The notes: generated by a model from the sequence alone, not told the origin. DNA of 64,000 nt from Octopus sinensis (GCF_006345805.1 NC_043000.1:29078001-29142000); one strand, 5' to 3'; numbered from the stretch's first letter, positions 1 through 13,487 are shown. Numbers and translations: made by a program.

Positions 1-118
1 TTACAAAAGAAAAAAAAATAAGTACTGGGACTCTATTCATTCGATCAAAAAGTTCTTGAAGGCGATGCCCCAGCATGGCCCCAGTCTAAGAGCAAAAACC
101 AGTAAAAGATAAAAGATA
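1..118 (+). mobile_element. SINE family A, 3' tail fragment
   Basis: Matches the recurrent tail (ggcggtgctccagcatggccgcagtc..actgaaacaagtaaaaga) seen more than 10 times in the window. Confidence 0.7.
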
Positions 119-130
119 GAACAGGCGTTT

Positions 131-131
<1 letters not shown>

Positions 132-166
<35 letters not shown>

Positions 167-261
167 ATGATAATATGTGTTTGTGTGTCTCCGTTTGTGT
201 GAGCGTCGTTTATTTGACTGTCTCTTTGTGTATACGCTGAGTGCGTATTTGCAGGTTTGCG

Positions 262-292
<31 letters not shown>

Positions 293-489
293 ATCCATCT
301 ATCTATCTATCTTTATCTATCTGTCTGTCTATCTATCTATCTATCTATCTATCTACCTGTCTCTCTATTTATCAATCTGTCTCTCTATCTATCAATCTCT
401 ATCTCCCTATCTCTCTTTCTCTTTCTCTCTCTCTATCTTTCTATATCTATAAGTCTCTATATCTATCTCTCTATCACTATGTTTATACC

Positions 490-554
<65 letters not shown>

Positions 555-592
555 ATATAAATATATATATATATACCTATCTATCTATCTAT
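132..592. repeat. Compound microsatellite (GT)n/(CT)n/(CTAT)n
   Basis: Direct reading; explains ORFs 86..298, 177..452, 241..747, 257..625. Confidence 0.95.
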
Positions 593-811
593 CTCTTTTA
601 TTTGTTCATTTGTTTCAGTCATTAGACTGCGGTCATGCTTGGGCAATCATTGTTTTTTTATTAAGTCTGGTACTTATTCTATCGTACATTTTTGCCGAAT
701 GTCATGGGGATGTAAATGCACCAACGCTGGTTGTCAAGAAGTGGTGAGGGTGAGGAACAGAGACAAACACACATACACACACACATACACACACACATAA
801 ATATATATATG

Positions 812-849
<38 letters not shown>

Positions 850-1020
850 CAGAGAGAGAGAGACGGACTACTTTCAATTTCCGTCTACCGAATCCACTCC
901 CGAAACTTTGGTCGGCCCGTGACCAGAGTACAAGACACTTGCCCAAGGTGCCATGCAGTGGGACTGAACCCGGAACCATGTGGTTGGGAAGCAAACCTCA
1001 CAGAGCCACGCCTGCGCCTA
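593..1020 (-). mobile_element. SINE family A, near full length (tRNA-derived head, internal microsatellite, 3' tail)
   Basis: Head 863-1020 (rc ggcgcaggcgtggctctgtg..ccgggttcagtcccactgcatggcaccttgggcaagtg), internal (CA)/(TA)/(GT)/(GA) tract, tail 593-760. Confidence 0.85.
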
Positions 1021-1085
<65 letters not shown>

Positions 1086-1629
1086 ATACCCGATGGAAAT
1101 TTTTAAGAGTGAGAGTAAGGAAATAGTGTGATAATAAGAGATGATTTGAGAATATGGTTAACATATACAAGAGAGGAAAATAGAAAAGAGAGGGCAGAAA
1201 GAGAGAGGGGTTTGTACAGAAAGGTAGAGAGGAATGAGAAAATAAAAATAAGCAGTATGATAAAGACAAAGAAATAGAAGCGGAAGTATATCTCACATAC
1301 TTACAGACAGGTTTTCATATATCACACGCACATACAGGCATACAGAGCGGTAGGAGTATAACTACACGTGCAACCATGCAGGCAAATATTTATTGCACAA
1401 GCATACTACGAAACATATACAACACTCATACAGACAGACCAACAGATATATCATACAAATAGACATACAAAGTGATTCGGAAGTCTCTTTAGTATTTGAA
1501 TAATGTATAACTCTTTTATTTGTTATTTTGTGATAATGGTCATTTTATTTTTCATGTATCTTTAAGACTTTGTTACTTTATAGTGAACACAATTCAATAT
1601 GTGTGGGGCGGGTTGTACATATATTTATA

Positions 1630-1786
1630 CAGGCGTGGCTTTTCGGTAAGAACTATCCTCACAACCACATGTTCCCATGTTTAGACCCACAGCGTGGCAC
1701 TTTGCGCAAGTGTCTCCTACTATAGCCTCTGGGTGGCCAAAGCCTTGTGAGTGGATTTGGTAGACGGAAGTTGAAAGACACCCGTC

Positions 1787-1830
<44 letters not shown>

Positions 1831-1900
1831 GTGTATGTTTTTGTGTCTGTATTAGTCCCTTACTGCTGCTTGAGAATAGGTCATGGTGTGTTTATGTCCC
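1630..1900 (+). mobile_element. SINE family A, head plus (TA)n and decayed body
   Basis: Similarity to other A heads (gatttggtagacggaagttgaaagacacccgtcgtatata). Confidence 0.75.
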
Positions 1901-2087
1901 TGCGTGCGTGTGCGTGTATATCATTGAGCAAAAGATTAGCAATTGGCTTAATGAATGAAAACCTTTCAGTTTTTAAAATGGTAACATATAATTTTTTTTA
2001 AATAGCTAACAGAGAATGACACATGGAAAATATATCAGAGTACAATAAATATTTCAATAAACATAGATATCATATATAAGCTTCTGT

Positions 2088-2221
2088 TATTCTGCCGATG
2101 TCGACTTTGCCTTTCATCCTTTCGGGATCGATAAATTAAGTACCAATTGCTCACTGGGGTCTATTTAATCGACTGGGCCCCTCCCCAAAAATTTCAGGCC
2201 TTGTGCCTAGAGTAGAAAAGA
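2088..2221 (+). mobile_element. SINE family B, 5'-truncated, with 14-bp TSD
   Basis: Core gtcgactttgcctttcatcctttcgggatcgataaa (resembles Deu/Nin-type SINE cores, from memory); atataagcttctgt at 2074-2087 and 2222-2235. Confidence 0.85.
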
Positions 2222-2749
2222 ATATAAGCTTCTGTAGAGATGGATCTGTTTCCAGCAGAAAAGTGTATATGAAATAATATATGAAATAATGTATACGTAC
2301 ATGGCCTTCATCAGCAGGAGACTGAGTGTTTTTATACAACAGAGTTACCATAGTTTTTAAAATCACCAAAATCTATCATGACTTGCAAAAACTTTGAGAA
2401 AACTGGAATTTAATTATAAGCGTTTGATTATAAAAGTTGAGTAGGTTTAAGTATCTCGATTTAACACCTGGAGAGATCATATTTGATATTGCGGTGTGTG
2501 TGTGTGTGTACGCGCGCTTGCGTGCGTGTGTGTGAATATTTACGTTTACAAATATGTGTGTGTTTATGTATATATATTTATACGTATGGATGGATGTGTG
2601 TACATCTAATCATACAAACACATACACACATACACATATATGTAAGTATATGTACGTGTGTAAAGAGGAGAGAGATGGGGAGAGATGTAGGTGTCTGAAT
2701 ATAAGTGTATATATTGATATATAAATATATATATATATGTGTGTGTGTC

Positions 2750-2782
<33 letters not shown>

Positions 2783-3189
2783 GGGGGAGACACACACGCA
2801 AGCACGCTCTACATAAGGTATTGATTTCTCTTCTACCGTCTGTAAAAGCAAAAGGGACCATACATACATACATATATACATACATACATACATACATACA
2901 TACATACATACATACATACATACATACATACATACAGTGGTTTCTCCCATCAGCTTCGACGTATAACGGTACAACAGCCAATGTTATACCCCACTAGTCT
3001 ACTCACACAGATGATTTATTTTCCGTAACGAAGGCTTGTATAGGAGCTTTTTGGAAATACTAACCGCCAGAAGTTTGTGCAAAATGTTTGCCAGCTCAGT
3101 GAACGGCATAACTAAGTCTTCTTTATTGGAATAATGCGCGCCTGTGTATCGAACTAGAAATTTCTACGAACGTGAAGGTCATTCATAGT

Positions 3190-3693
3190 AGACCTCACAC
3201 ATGGTTCCAGCAAGATTGGGGCAACTGCACATACCGCAAGACAAACAATGCAGTTACAACGGCAGTGCTTTGGAGGGAGAATAATCTCCCACTACGGCAA
3301 TGTCAACTGGCCTTCACGTTCCCCAGACTTGACTAGCCCGTTTCTTTTCTTATTGGGATACCTGAAAGGGAGGGTTTACGTCAGCAACCGGAGACCCTGG
3401 TGCAACTGAAAGAGAACATCCAAAGAGAAATCAGAGAAATGGGATCTGATCTGAAACTCTTGAGGGTGTTATGGTGCTAGTTTTGGAAAGAGCACGGGCG
3501 TGCGAAGCCGAAAACGGCTGCCATTTAAGCAATGTCATTTTTCATATGTAATGTAGTGGTGTCGTAAAATTTGACTTTTGCATATCAATTTCCATTATAT
3601 CCTTAATATTGTAACAAATTTTCATGCATTTATATATAAAGTTAAGGAAGTTATTAAAAATTGAAACTCATCAGTGACTTTTGGGACACCCTG
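3190..3693 (+). mobile_element. Tc1/mariner transposase 3' remnant with right TIR
   Basis: Frameshifted WFQQDGATAHTA..NWPSRSPDLT..FLLGYLKGRVY..ENGCHLSNVIFHM*; terminus tttttgggacaccctg. Confidence 0.85.
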
Positions 3694-3699
3694 CATATC

Positions 3700-4400
3700 T
3701 GTTATCCTCTATGTTGTACGGGTTTCAGCCAGAGGCTGAGGCCATGCTAGTGCACCACCTTTACTGTATCCGGGGATTTTTCCAGTATTGCTTCTGGTGA
3801 AGTAGCGAGTTAGACGTTGCCGCTCTTCTTTGTGCCGCCTGCTGTGATGTGGGTTGATCCAGTATTGTAGATAAAGGACTGTCTTAACGTGTTTTGAAGA
3901 ATCCATGTCTACACCTCGCAGAACCCTGATGTTCTGTGGTAAAGCATTAAAAAGTTGTGATCCTTTGAATCCCAAGGTATTACAATATTGGGTTCGTATC
4001 GTCGGTAGAAAAGATGTAACTTTTGGTACTGTGCAGTGCCGTTCAGTTCGGGGATTGTTGTAAATTTCGATTCCGAAATTTGGAGCTAACCCCTCCATTA
4101 TTTTCCATATGTATAGCACTGCATATCCCTCATGTCTCCTCGCCAGGGAATAGAGTCTCAGTTCCTTAACTCTCTCTCAGTAGCCCATGTGTTTTACTAA
4201 GTCTATCTTCTTTGTGTAGTTCCGCAATTAGTTTTACACTTTGTGGTGACCACAGTTGGGAGCAGTAATCCAGATGACTAAAGACAAAGGTTCTCCAAAG
4301 CAGAAGTATTGTGTCTCTGTTCCTGGTCCTGCAGCATTGTGTAAATGATGTATCGCTGACGTCGGAGCTGGAGAGAATAGAGTTTCAATGCTTAAAGCGG
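3700..4400 (-). mobile_element. CR1-like (Jockey group) LINE 3' end, decayed ORF2 C-terminus plus 3' UTR
   Basis: ORF 3709..4119 (YIWKIMEGLAPNFGI..GFKGSQLFNALPQNIR) resembles CR1/L2 ORF2 C-termini; upstream frames give KVKLIAEL..ELR-like residues. Confidence 0.8.
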
Positions 4401-4511
4401 TCCCAATCGTGAAGATCAGTCATGTTCTTACTGTTTTTAGTGAATGCCCTCTGAAATTTTTTTAGCGAATGCTCTCTTGAAATGTTTGTGTGGGGAGAGC
4501 ATAAATATATG

Positions 4512-4890
4512 GAGTGGCTGTGTGGTAAGGAGCTTGCTTTCCAACCACATGGTTCCGAGTTCAGTCCTACTGCATGGCACCTTGAGCAAGTGTTTTCTAC
4601 TATATAGCCTCGGGCCAACTAAAGCCTTATGAGTGGATTTGGTAGATGGAAACTGAAAGAAGCGCGTTGTATATATAGCTGTGTTGTTTCTGTGTTTGTA
4701 TTCACCCACACCATCACTTGACAACCGATGTTGGTGTGTTTACGGCTCCGTAACTTAGCGGTTCGGTAAAAGGGACCGATGGAATAAGTACTAGGCTTAC
4801 AGAGAATAAGTCCTGGGATCGATTTGTTCAACTAAAGCCGGTGCTCCAGCATGGCCGCAATCAAATGACTGAAACAAGTAAAAGAATAAG
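4512..4890 (+). mobile_element. SINE family A, near full length with short internal tract
   Basis: Head ggagtggctgtgtggtaag..; tail ..gactgaaacaagtaaaagaataag. Confidence 0.85.
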
Positions 4891-5344
4891 AAAAAATATA
4901 CATACATAAGTGTAATATATAAGAAAAAAAACGCTATATAATGAGTAATATAATTATAAAAGAATGACTAAGATACAAACTGAAATAAATTGTGTTGGAA
5001 CTATCCAATTCTAGGGTTCTAGTTTCGGTTGTGAATTAACCTGTCTCATGAAGAAGCAGCTGAATTTCGCGCACCGTGTGTATGAACGGTCATTCAGATA
5101 ATGGCGTGCTGTGATTGGAAGGAATTCACAGCCTGGAAAAGCTATGTATGTATGTATGTATGTATGTTTGTATGTATATACACGTGAACTTTGGCAGTAC
5201 AACCTTAGTTCATCTAAGCGAGATATTTAATCAGTGGAAATTCGCAACAGCACAGCATGTAGTCGTTGATAGGAATTTGTGTTTTCGTGAAGTACACAAG
5301 CTAGAAGAATGGACCTTTAAATACACTACGAAAAGGAATTATGG

Positions 5345-5389
5345 GCTATTTTGATATATATATATACACATACATACGTACATACATAC

Positions 5390-5430
<41 letters not shown>

Positions 5431-5447
5431 TGTATATGCATGTATGT

Positions 5448-5533
<86 letters not shown>

Positions 5534-5708
5534 TATATACACATACATATATTTGCATATACGCGTATGAAGAGATGGTGAAATAATTATAGAAATCTAC
5601 ATGTAAATTTATATGGATTTGTGTTTTGTATATTATTTACAAATATATGCGTTCACATAAACACATACGTATGTATATAAACACACACACACATATACAT
5701 GTATATAC

Positions 5709-5748
<40 letters not shown>

Positions 5749-5852
5749 ATATGTATATACATATATACATACCTATATATGCATACATACATACATATAT
5801 ATACACACATACATACAGATTTACGCATATCACATATTCGCAAACGTATTCA

Positions 5853-5884
<32 letters not shown>

Positions 5885-6005
5885 CGTACATACATACATA
5901 CGTACATACATACGTACATACATACATACATACATACATACATACATACATACATACATACATACATACATACATACATACATACATACATGCATGCATA
6001 CACAC
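5345..6005. repeat. (TA)n/(CATA)n compound microsatellites
   Basis: Direct reading. Confidence 0.95.
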
Positions 6006-6299
6006 ATATTCCGTTTCTAAATTTGTCAGAGCTTTATATTAGAAAATGACCAAGTGCTAATCAGTGAAGCATCGTAAGTTGTTCCCCTTTTTGATCACAA
6101 GATATGTCAGGAGATCAAAGAATGTTTGGATGAACTGGCAACTTAACAAATTCGGTTAACACAAAACGATCTTTAAGTAAACGTCGTGCTGGTTGCCGAT
6201 TCGCTTAGTCACCAGCTAGAAAAGATTCTGTTGCAGCTAGCGACATTTCTACATTTCAAGATTGTACAGACTTATTCCAGAACATTGACTTAATTTATT

Positions 6300-6680
6300 T
6301 CATCGTTGTTTCATTTCGCCTTGTGATTACATTGAATACATTTCCAGTCAGTGGTTATAAGTCAGAGGAAGCGAGCTAGGGGAGGAGATTGTTGTCAGCA
6401 CATAGAAATTTTGATTAAAATGTTGCTAGGTTTGAAGAAAACGTACTTCCAACACGATCGCATCCATTTTACAATCATGATGGGAGTTAATTGGGAGCAA
6501 ATGCTATCGACCGATCTGTTTGAACCTTATTAACTGAGCTAACCATCCAGTTTCGATTCTTACTTAAAGTTCCCTCATTTCTCCTTGTGCGGCAAGTTCC
6601 CTTGGGAAGGGCATTCAAGCTGTAACGTCGTGTTTCTCCGTCGCTATTATCATGGAGTATTATTGCATCTGAACAAAAAT
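6300..6680 (-). mobile_element. Possible highly decayed mariner transposase remnant
   Basis: SDAIILHDN (cf. GIILLHDNARPH) and an LASSD segment (cf. PDLAPSDYHLF) in broken frames. Confidence 0.3.
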
Positions 6681-6876
6681 TAATGTTACCACTCCTCACA
6701 TTGGCCCGTATTTGTTGATAAACAAGAAAAAGAATGGGAGCAAGCGCTATACTGTAAGGTCACTGAAGTTGGAGTCTGCGACAAGGTTTCGATTCACTTG
6801 CGCTTCTAATACACTTTGGTCAAAGACATGAATGTTATAGTACCTATATATACATCTTTGAAACTTTGATATAAAC

Positions 6877-6933
<57 letters not shown>

Positions 6934-7099
6934 TCTGAACCGATATAATTAATAAATATCCAGCGGTGGTGCCCCAGCATGGCCGCGGCCTTCGGGCTAA
7001 AACATTTTTAAGGATTTTAAGGATTTATCCTAGAAACATCAGTAAGACCTTCTATCTATAAATGCTCTAATATCTACACAGCTTTGGTTTCTTATCTTA

Positions 7100-7380
<281 letters not shown>

Positions 7381-7508
7381 TATATGTTTTTAATGCTTTT
7401 AATTATTAGTTTTTGAACCGAAACAATGCAAGCTATAACAAGAATACAGATCGATGGTTTTACTTGTTATTTCAATAATTCAACGTTAGGACCCCTTCTT
7501 CGGGAATT

Positions 7509-7545
7509 CTTGGAAGTTTCGGCTTGCTCACCTTCATCAGACTGT
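7509..7545 (-). ncRNA. Decayed minimal hammerhead ribozyme motif
   Basis: rc CUGAUGA-A-GG..CC-GAAAC; stems I and III no longer pair. Confidence 0.45.
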
Positions 7546-7638
7546 GCTTTCCCTGGGTTCTTTTTGGCTTTATATAATATTTGACGAGTTGTTTTGAGGT
7601 TAGTGGGACCTATGTAAATGATTATTAGGCACGATGTC

Positions 7639-7669
<31 letters not shown>

Positions 7670-8494
7670 ATATATATAATATATATATACATACATACAT
7701 ACATACATACATACATGCATATATACATACATACGTACATACATACATACATTCATACATACATACATACATACATACACACATACATACATACATACAT
7801 ACATACATACATACATACATACATACATACATACATACATACATACATACATAAATACGACGGACTTCCATACATTTTTCTCTATACAAAATAAACTCGC
7901 AAGGTATTGGTCGGCTCGGTGCTATGGAAGACACTTGCCTATGGTGTCAGCTACGGAATTAAACCTGAGGCATTGTAGCTACGAAGTGAACTTCTTTAGT
8001 AACATAAATTTCTTTTCAACTAACATTCCAGATTGAAAACACAGACAATAAATGTGGTGGCCATTGTTGGACACATATAGGGAATCGCTGGAATTTCATT
8101 GTATAGAAAATATGAGAAGCTTTTTAAAAAAGTGTTATATATCAATTAATTAAATTTACATATTTCAAATTCTTACGTGGGAATCGGCCAGATATTATAT
8201 TGATTTTGAACTGTTTTAAAGATAATCTCGGCTTCAGACGTTATTTAAACTGCTAAAAAAATTAATTGTAGAAACTATTGCTTTTCAATTTTTGAGAGAG
8301 AGAGAGAGAGAGAGAAGAAAAAATTACAGAAATAATGATATAATGATATAAAGAAGTATAACAAGAATACGATGATAATTTAATAAAAAAAAATTAAAAT
8401 AATATAATTAAAATAATATAATATAATTAAAAAAATATGTTTTTTATCTGTGTTTTGGTGAATAAAATTAAATACATGCACATATATATGTATT

Positions 8495-8584
<90 letters not shown>

Positions 8585-9238
8585 CATACACGGGGTATAC
8601 ATGGGTGTGTATTTCAATGTGTCTATGTGTATTATTGTGCGTTGTGGAATATAATTATATACGTGAGAGTGTGTATATATTTGTGTTTATATATGTATGT
8701 ACTATGTATATATTTCTGCACTATATATGTATGTATAAGGTTTACTGTTATTGTGGAAAATGTTTTATTTTTGGCATTTCCGTCCATCCTCTCATATACT
8801 TATTTTTCAACGTCAGTCCGTGAAAGAGCTCCAAACATCAACATTTTCAATATAAATAAATGTACACCTATAAATAACACCTGAAACTAATCTTAAATTC
8901 TCAAAGAAACACTAAATTTTAAGGAAAACTCCATTATATCATATCAATGTTTCTCAACTTAGAAAATAACACCATCTATGACAGAGTGTTTTACGTTTGA
9001 TGGTGACGACACAAACACAGGGCTCTAGATTCAATACCTTCATCAGACTGTGCTTTCTCTGGGTTCTTTTTGGCTTTATATATCTGACAAGTTGTTTTGA
9101 GGTTAGTGGGACCTATGTAAATGATTATTAGGCACGATGTCATATATACGCATATATGAACATATACATACATACATACATACATACATACATACATACA
9201 TACATACATACATACATACATACATACGACGGACTTCA
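7530..9238. repeat. Direct repeat pair 7530-7870 and 9038-9238 (PLE pseudo-LTR-like unit plus microsatellite)
   Basis: Both read cttcatcagactgtgcttt..gaggttagtgggacctatgtaaatgattattaggcacgatgtcata..(CATA)n..acgacggacttc. Confidence 0.8.
7857..8003 (-). mobile_element. SINE family A head
   Basis: gaagacacttgcctatggtgtc..aaacctgaggc similar to other A heads. Confidence 0.6.
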
Positions 9239-9984
9239 CACTTGAGAGCGAAATTTGGGAAACCTTTTGTCCTTATGTGTGTGTGTTTGTTGGTGAAAGA
9301 TTGACCGATAACTCGGTGTGTCAAACCAAAATATCTTATGGCATTTTTATCTAACTAGTTACGTCTGTAAGGTAGATGAAATTGATTAAAAATGTTGAAA
9401 AATCGTTCCCTACTATGACCGTTTTATACTTTTGTTTGTTTTCTTTTGAGAATTGTGCTGCTTTATTCGTTGTCAATTTTCTTTAAGATGCGTTTCTCGT
9501 AAATTTCGAATCTATTTACATGTAAACAATATGGAGAAGAAGAATGAATCTGTTTGATTACTTCTGTAAACTCTGTTATGGTTATTTTACAAGTATTGTA
9601 CAGTTTGAATACGCTCGTGAATTTAATAGTACTGTTCATTAATAACAAACAGAGCAATTTATATGGAATTACTTTACATTAAGAAGTGGAACGTACAATT
9701 TCCTATAATTCAAAGCGCCACATGATCCCAGCAGACAAAAACTACCCCGGAAGATTGCAAGGAAGATGTACTGAAGTAGCCACTCTGATTCACGGATCCT
9801 GCACTTGCGCATTATATATATGCGTATATTACATACAGGGTATCCCTAAATTTCCTTTACAATTTGACAGCTTCAGAAAAAGAAAAGATTAAAAGCACGG
9901 ATAACTCATCAGAGTTCATTAGACATAACTTAGGTAACTTAGATATGCTTCAACAAAGATTGGTCTAGATCATGTCTAAATTTT

Positions 9985-10680
9985 TGAAATCATTGAGTTG
10001 CTCAAGTGTGTGTCACCATAGGATGAGGCAGTCATCCAAGTAGCGTTTCCAATTCTCCAAGAGGTATTTATGGAAAGACAAGCCGTATTTTGATTTGGAT
10101 TGTTTATAGATTTGTATTTCTAGGTAAGCCATCACCAGGTCGGAATAAGTCGGGGCAACTTTAGTACCCATTGCAGTCCCCGATATCTGTCTGTAGGTAT
10201 TATTATTAAAATTCAAAAGTTGTTTTGAAGTATAAACTGAAGGCCCTCGATGATAATTTTTTCTTTCCAGGACCTCATTGAGGTATCTTTCTAGCCAGAA
10301 TTTAATGGCTTTCAGTCCATATTGATGTGGGGTTGTAGAATAAAGATTTACTACATCAAAGGAGACAATGAAAATGTCTTTATAGGTATGTTTGGGGAGA
10401 TGATTTAGTAGGTCCAGCTCATCTCTTACGATACTTGATATGCGTTTAAGTATTGGTTTTAAGAGTATATCTATGAAGTTGCTTCATCTGTGTGTCTCAC
10501 CGTTTGAGATCAGTGGGATGTGGTACAGTGATGCAGGTTGAAGTGGACTTTTTGCAAGCTTCGGTAATTATTTTGCTCTTGTGGATTTTCGGAAGCCCGT
10601 AGAGGATGCTGGTTTTTCAATTAAAATGTGTTAGGTAGTCGCATTCCTTATTTTCTGTGCGACTTTTAGCCCACTTTGTA
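9985..10680 (-). mobile_element. Penelope-like element reverse transcriptase remnant
   Basis: LYGLPKIHK, SFDVVNLYS, RQISGTAMGTKVAPTYS, WKRYLDD motifs with stops and frameshifts (ORF 10013..10216). Confidence 0.9.
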
Positions 10681-10682
10681 TA

Positions 10683-10953
10683 TATATTCTTTTCTACTCT
10701 AAACACAAGGCCCGAAATTTTTGGTGAGGGGGCCAGTCGATTAGATCGACCCCAGTACGCAACTGGTACTTAATTTATAGACCCCAAAAGGATGAAAGGT
10801 AAAGTCGACCTCGGCGGAATTTGAATTCAGAACGTAGCAACAGACTATATATATACAGAGTGGAAGTCGGCCAGCTGCAGAAACGTTAGCTTAGAGGTAT
10901 TTAGTCTGTCGCTACGTTCTGAATTCAAATTCCGCCGAGGTCGACTTTACCTT
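10683..10953. mobile_element. Two divergently oriented SINE B pieces forming a 52-bp inverted repeat
   Basis: Arms 10796-10847 and 10902-10953, 1 mismatch. Confidence 0.85.
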
Positions 10954-11495
10954 GATGTGGGGTTGTAGTAATTTTTAATCGAAAAAAATGTCTAAACGAT
11001 GAACTTTTACCTTACTTTATATACTATATATTACTTATTTATATGCTTCCTATATTTATATATGTATTTTTTTATATATATATATATTTATATATTTCTT
11101 ATATTTTTATGTATTTATTATTCTAGGTGTTGTAATGTTTTTTAGAAATATACATTTCTTAATCGCTAAAATATTAATCGTTAACTTTTAACCGAGATGA
11201 ACTGTATTCACGCACTTTCGTGTATTTTCTTATATACTTGTACTGATGAGTTGTGTTTCATCTTCCGTGATGTTATACATGTATATTCTATGTGAAAGAA
11301 AAAGCATTATGTGATTAATTGTTCGAGATATGAAATGTTACGTGGATGACCTTGTATTTGTTTGTTCTGCAACCACAGTTTAATATATTTGTCTCATTTA
11401 ATTGAGCACTTCTATAGCAGTCCTATAAACATTTTGTTCCTGTTAAGAAACAATCACTGTATTATTGATATATATATATATATATATTCACATTT

Positions 11496-11938
11496 AAATG
11501 CTTTTCCTTCTAAGTAGTGTTTCAATGATTTGAAAAGTTGGTAGTTAGTTGGAACAAGATCAGGAGAGTAAGGAGGGTGAGGCAAAACATCTATATGTAG
11601 CGCTATAATCTTTCATTAAGTGACATTGATAACATGGGATCTTGTATTATCAGTGACTTCTTTTGCCACTGACCAGTGATGGGCGGTGTCTCAGAAAATT
11701 CTGTACTATGTTTCTACTTGACAGTAATACTTCTCGAAATATATTTTTCCGTTTTGATTAACACTTCGTTGTAGGTCTCACAAATCCCAGAGCATAACCT
11801 TTTTTACGTGTGTGGTCTTAGTTTGGGGATGGCTCTCCTTGATTATTCGATGCGAAAAATTGTCATTTTCGTTGGATATGATTATAGGGAACATATTTTT
11901 CATCACTTGTGAGGATTCTGCCCAGGAAAGATTCGGTA
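11496..11938 (-). mobile_element. Mariner transposase remnant
   Basis: FLGRILTSDEKYVPYNH (first catalytic D) and DVLPHPPYSPDLVPTNYQLFKSLKHYLEGKAF. Confidence 0.85.
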
Positions 11939-11940
11939 AC

Positions 11941-12149
11941 TCTTTTATTTGTTTCAGTCATTTGACTGTGTCCATGCTGGAACACCGCCTTTAGTCGACC
12001 AAATCGACCCCCAGGACTTATTCTTTGTAAACCTAGTACTTATTCTATCAGTCTCTTTTGCCGAACCGCTAAGTTACGGGGACGTAAACACATCAGCATC
12101 GGTTGTCAAGCGATGTTGGGGGAACAAACACAGCCAATTAAACATATAT

Positions 12150-12222
<73 letters not shown>

Positions 12223-12340
12223 TACGACGGGCTTCTTTCAGTTTCCGTCTACCAAATCCACTCACAATGCTTTGGTCGGCCCGAGGCTATAGTGGAAGAC
12301 ATTTGCCCAAGCTACTTACCACACAGCCACTCCTACGTCT
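11941..12340 (-). mobile_element. SINE family A with internal (TA)n
   Basis: Tail 11941-12135, head 12225-12340 with internal deletion. Confidence 0.85.
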
Positions 12341-12992
12341 AATCTTCAATGAGAATTTCATCGCCTACCTGCACGTAGATGTCTCTCTGCAATCATATTC
12401 TGAACAAGCGAATCCCGAAGATGGATTTAACGAAAGTGCGAACGAAATGATTAATCAGTTCATCTTACTCGCTGGCTGCTGATAGAAATATACTTTAACC
12501 ATAAATTTATTTTTTACAGTGAGGCTACATGTATATTTAATTACGATCGAGTCGTTGATTATAACTTTTATTTCAAATGTGTGTGCTGTATTTGATGATA
12601 CATACACACACACACACACACATATGATATATATGCATTTATTTAGATATATACATATATACATACATATATATATATATATACAAAGTTTATGTGTATA
12701 AATTATATAGATATGTATATATATATATGTGTGTGCGTCAGTGCGTTTGTGTACGTGTTTGTGTGTGTGTGTGGAGGGGGGGTGATCCTCGTAACCAGAA
12801 GCGATTAACAGGTTTGAGCAACACTATGCAAATATAATTATGTAGCTAATAATAATTTTGTAATTTTCGCAAATTAGATGTCTAATGGTGGTAACATTTT
12901 CATAATTGAGAACACCCAGCAGTCATTATCCCGGCTACAGTCATGTGCAGACATACAGACAGCTGGACAGACAGACAGACAGACATACAGAC

Positions 12993-13051
<59 letters not shown>

Positions 13052-13242
13052 GGAGGAAGGGAGAGAAATACAAACATGCACAACCATATATGTATGTGTG
13101 TGCATATGTGAATGGGTACTCCGTATTTGTATTTATGTGTACCTCCGTATTTGTGTGTATGCGTACCTCTGTATTTGTATGTATGTATGTATGTATGTAT
13201 GTATGTATGTATGTATGTATGTATGTGTATGTATGTATGTAT

Positions 13243-13487
13243 GTGTCTATCTATATTTTTGTGTGTAAATATTCAGTATTTTTTATACTTTTAATAGCCT
13301 TACATTTACAGTCTAAGTATAACAGTGTTTCGAAATATGAAACTGTATGTATGTATGTATGTATGTATGTGTATATGTATGTGTCTATCTATATTTTAGT
13401 GTGTGAATATTCAGCATTTTTTTATAATTTTAAAAGCCTTACACTTACAGTCTATGTATAACATAGTGTTTCGAAGTATGAAATTGA
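13243..13487. repeat. Tandem duplication, about 138-bp period, anchored on (TATG)n
   Basis: gtgtctatctatatttt..gtgtttcgaa(a/g)tatgaaa repeated twice. Confidence 0.85.

Noticed and set aside
2285-2320. CUGAUGAAGGCC on the - strand as a hammerhead
   Set aside because: No closing stem II strand or GAAA; at most a PLE terminal remnant
9835-9960. Tc1-like terminus tacagggtatccctaaa
   Set aside because: No matching second TIR or coding motif found; too short to call
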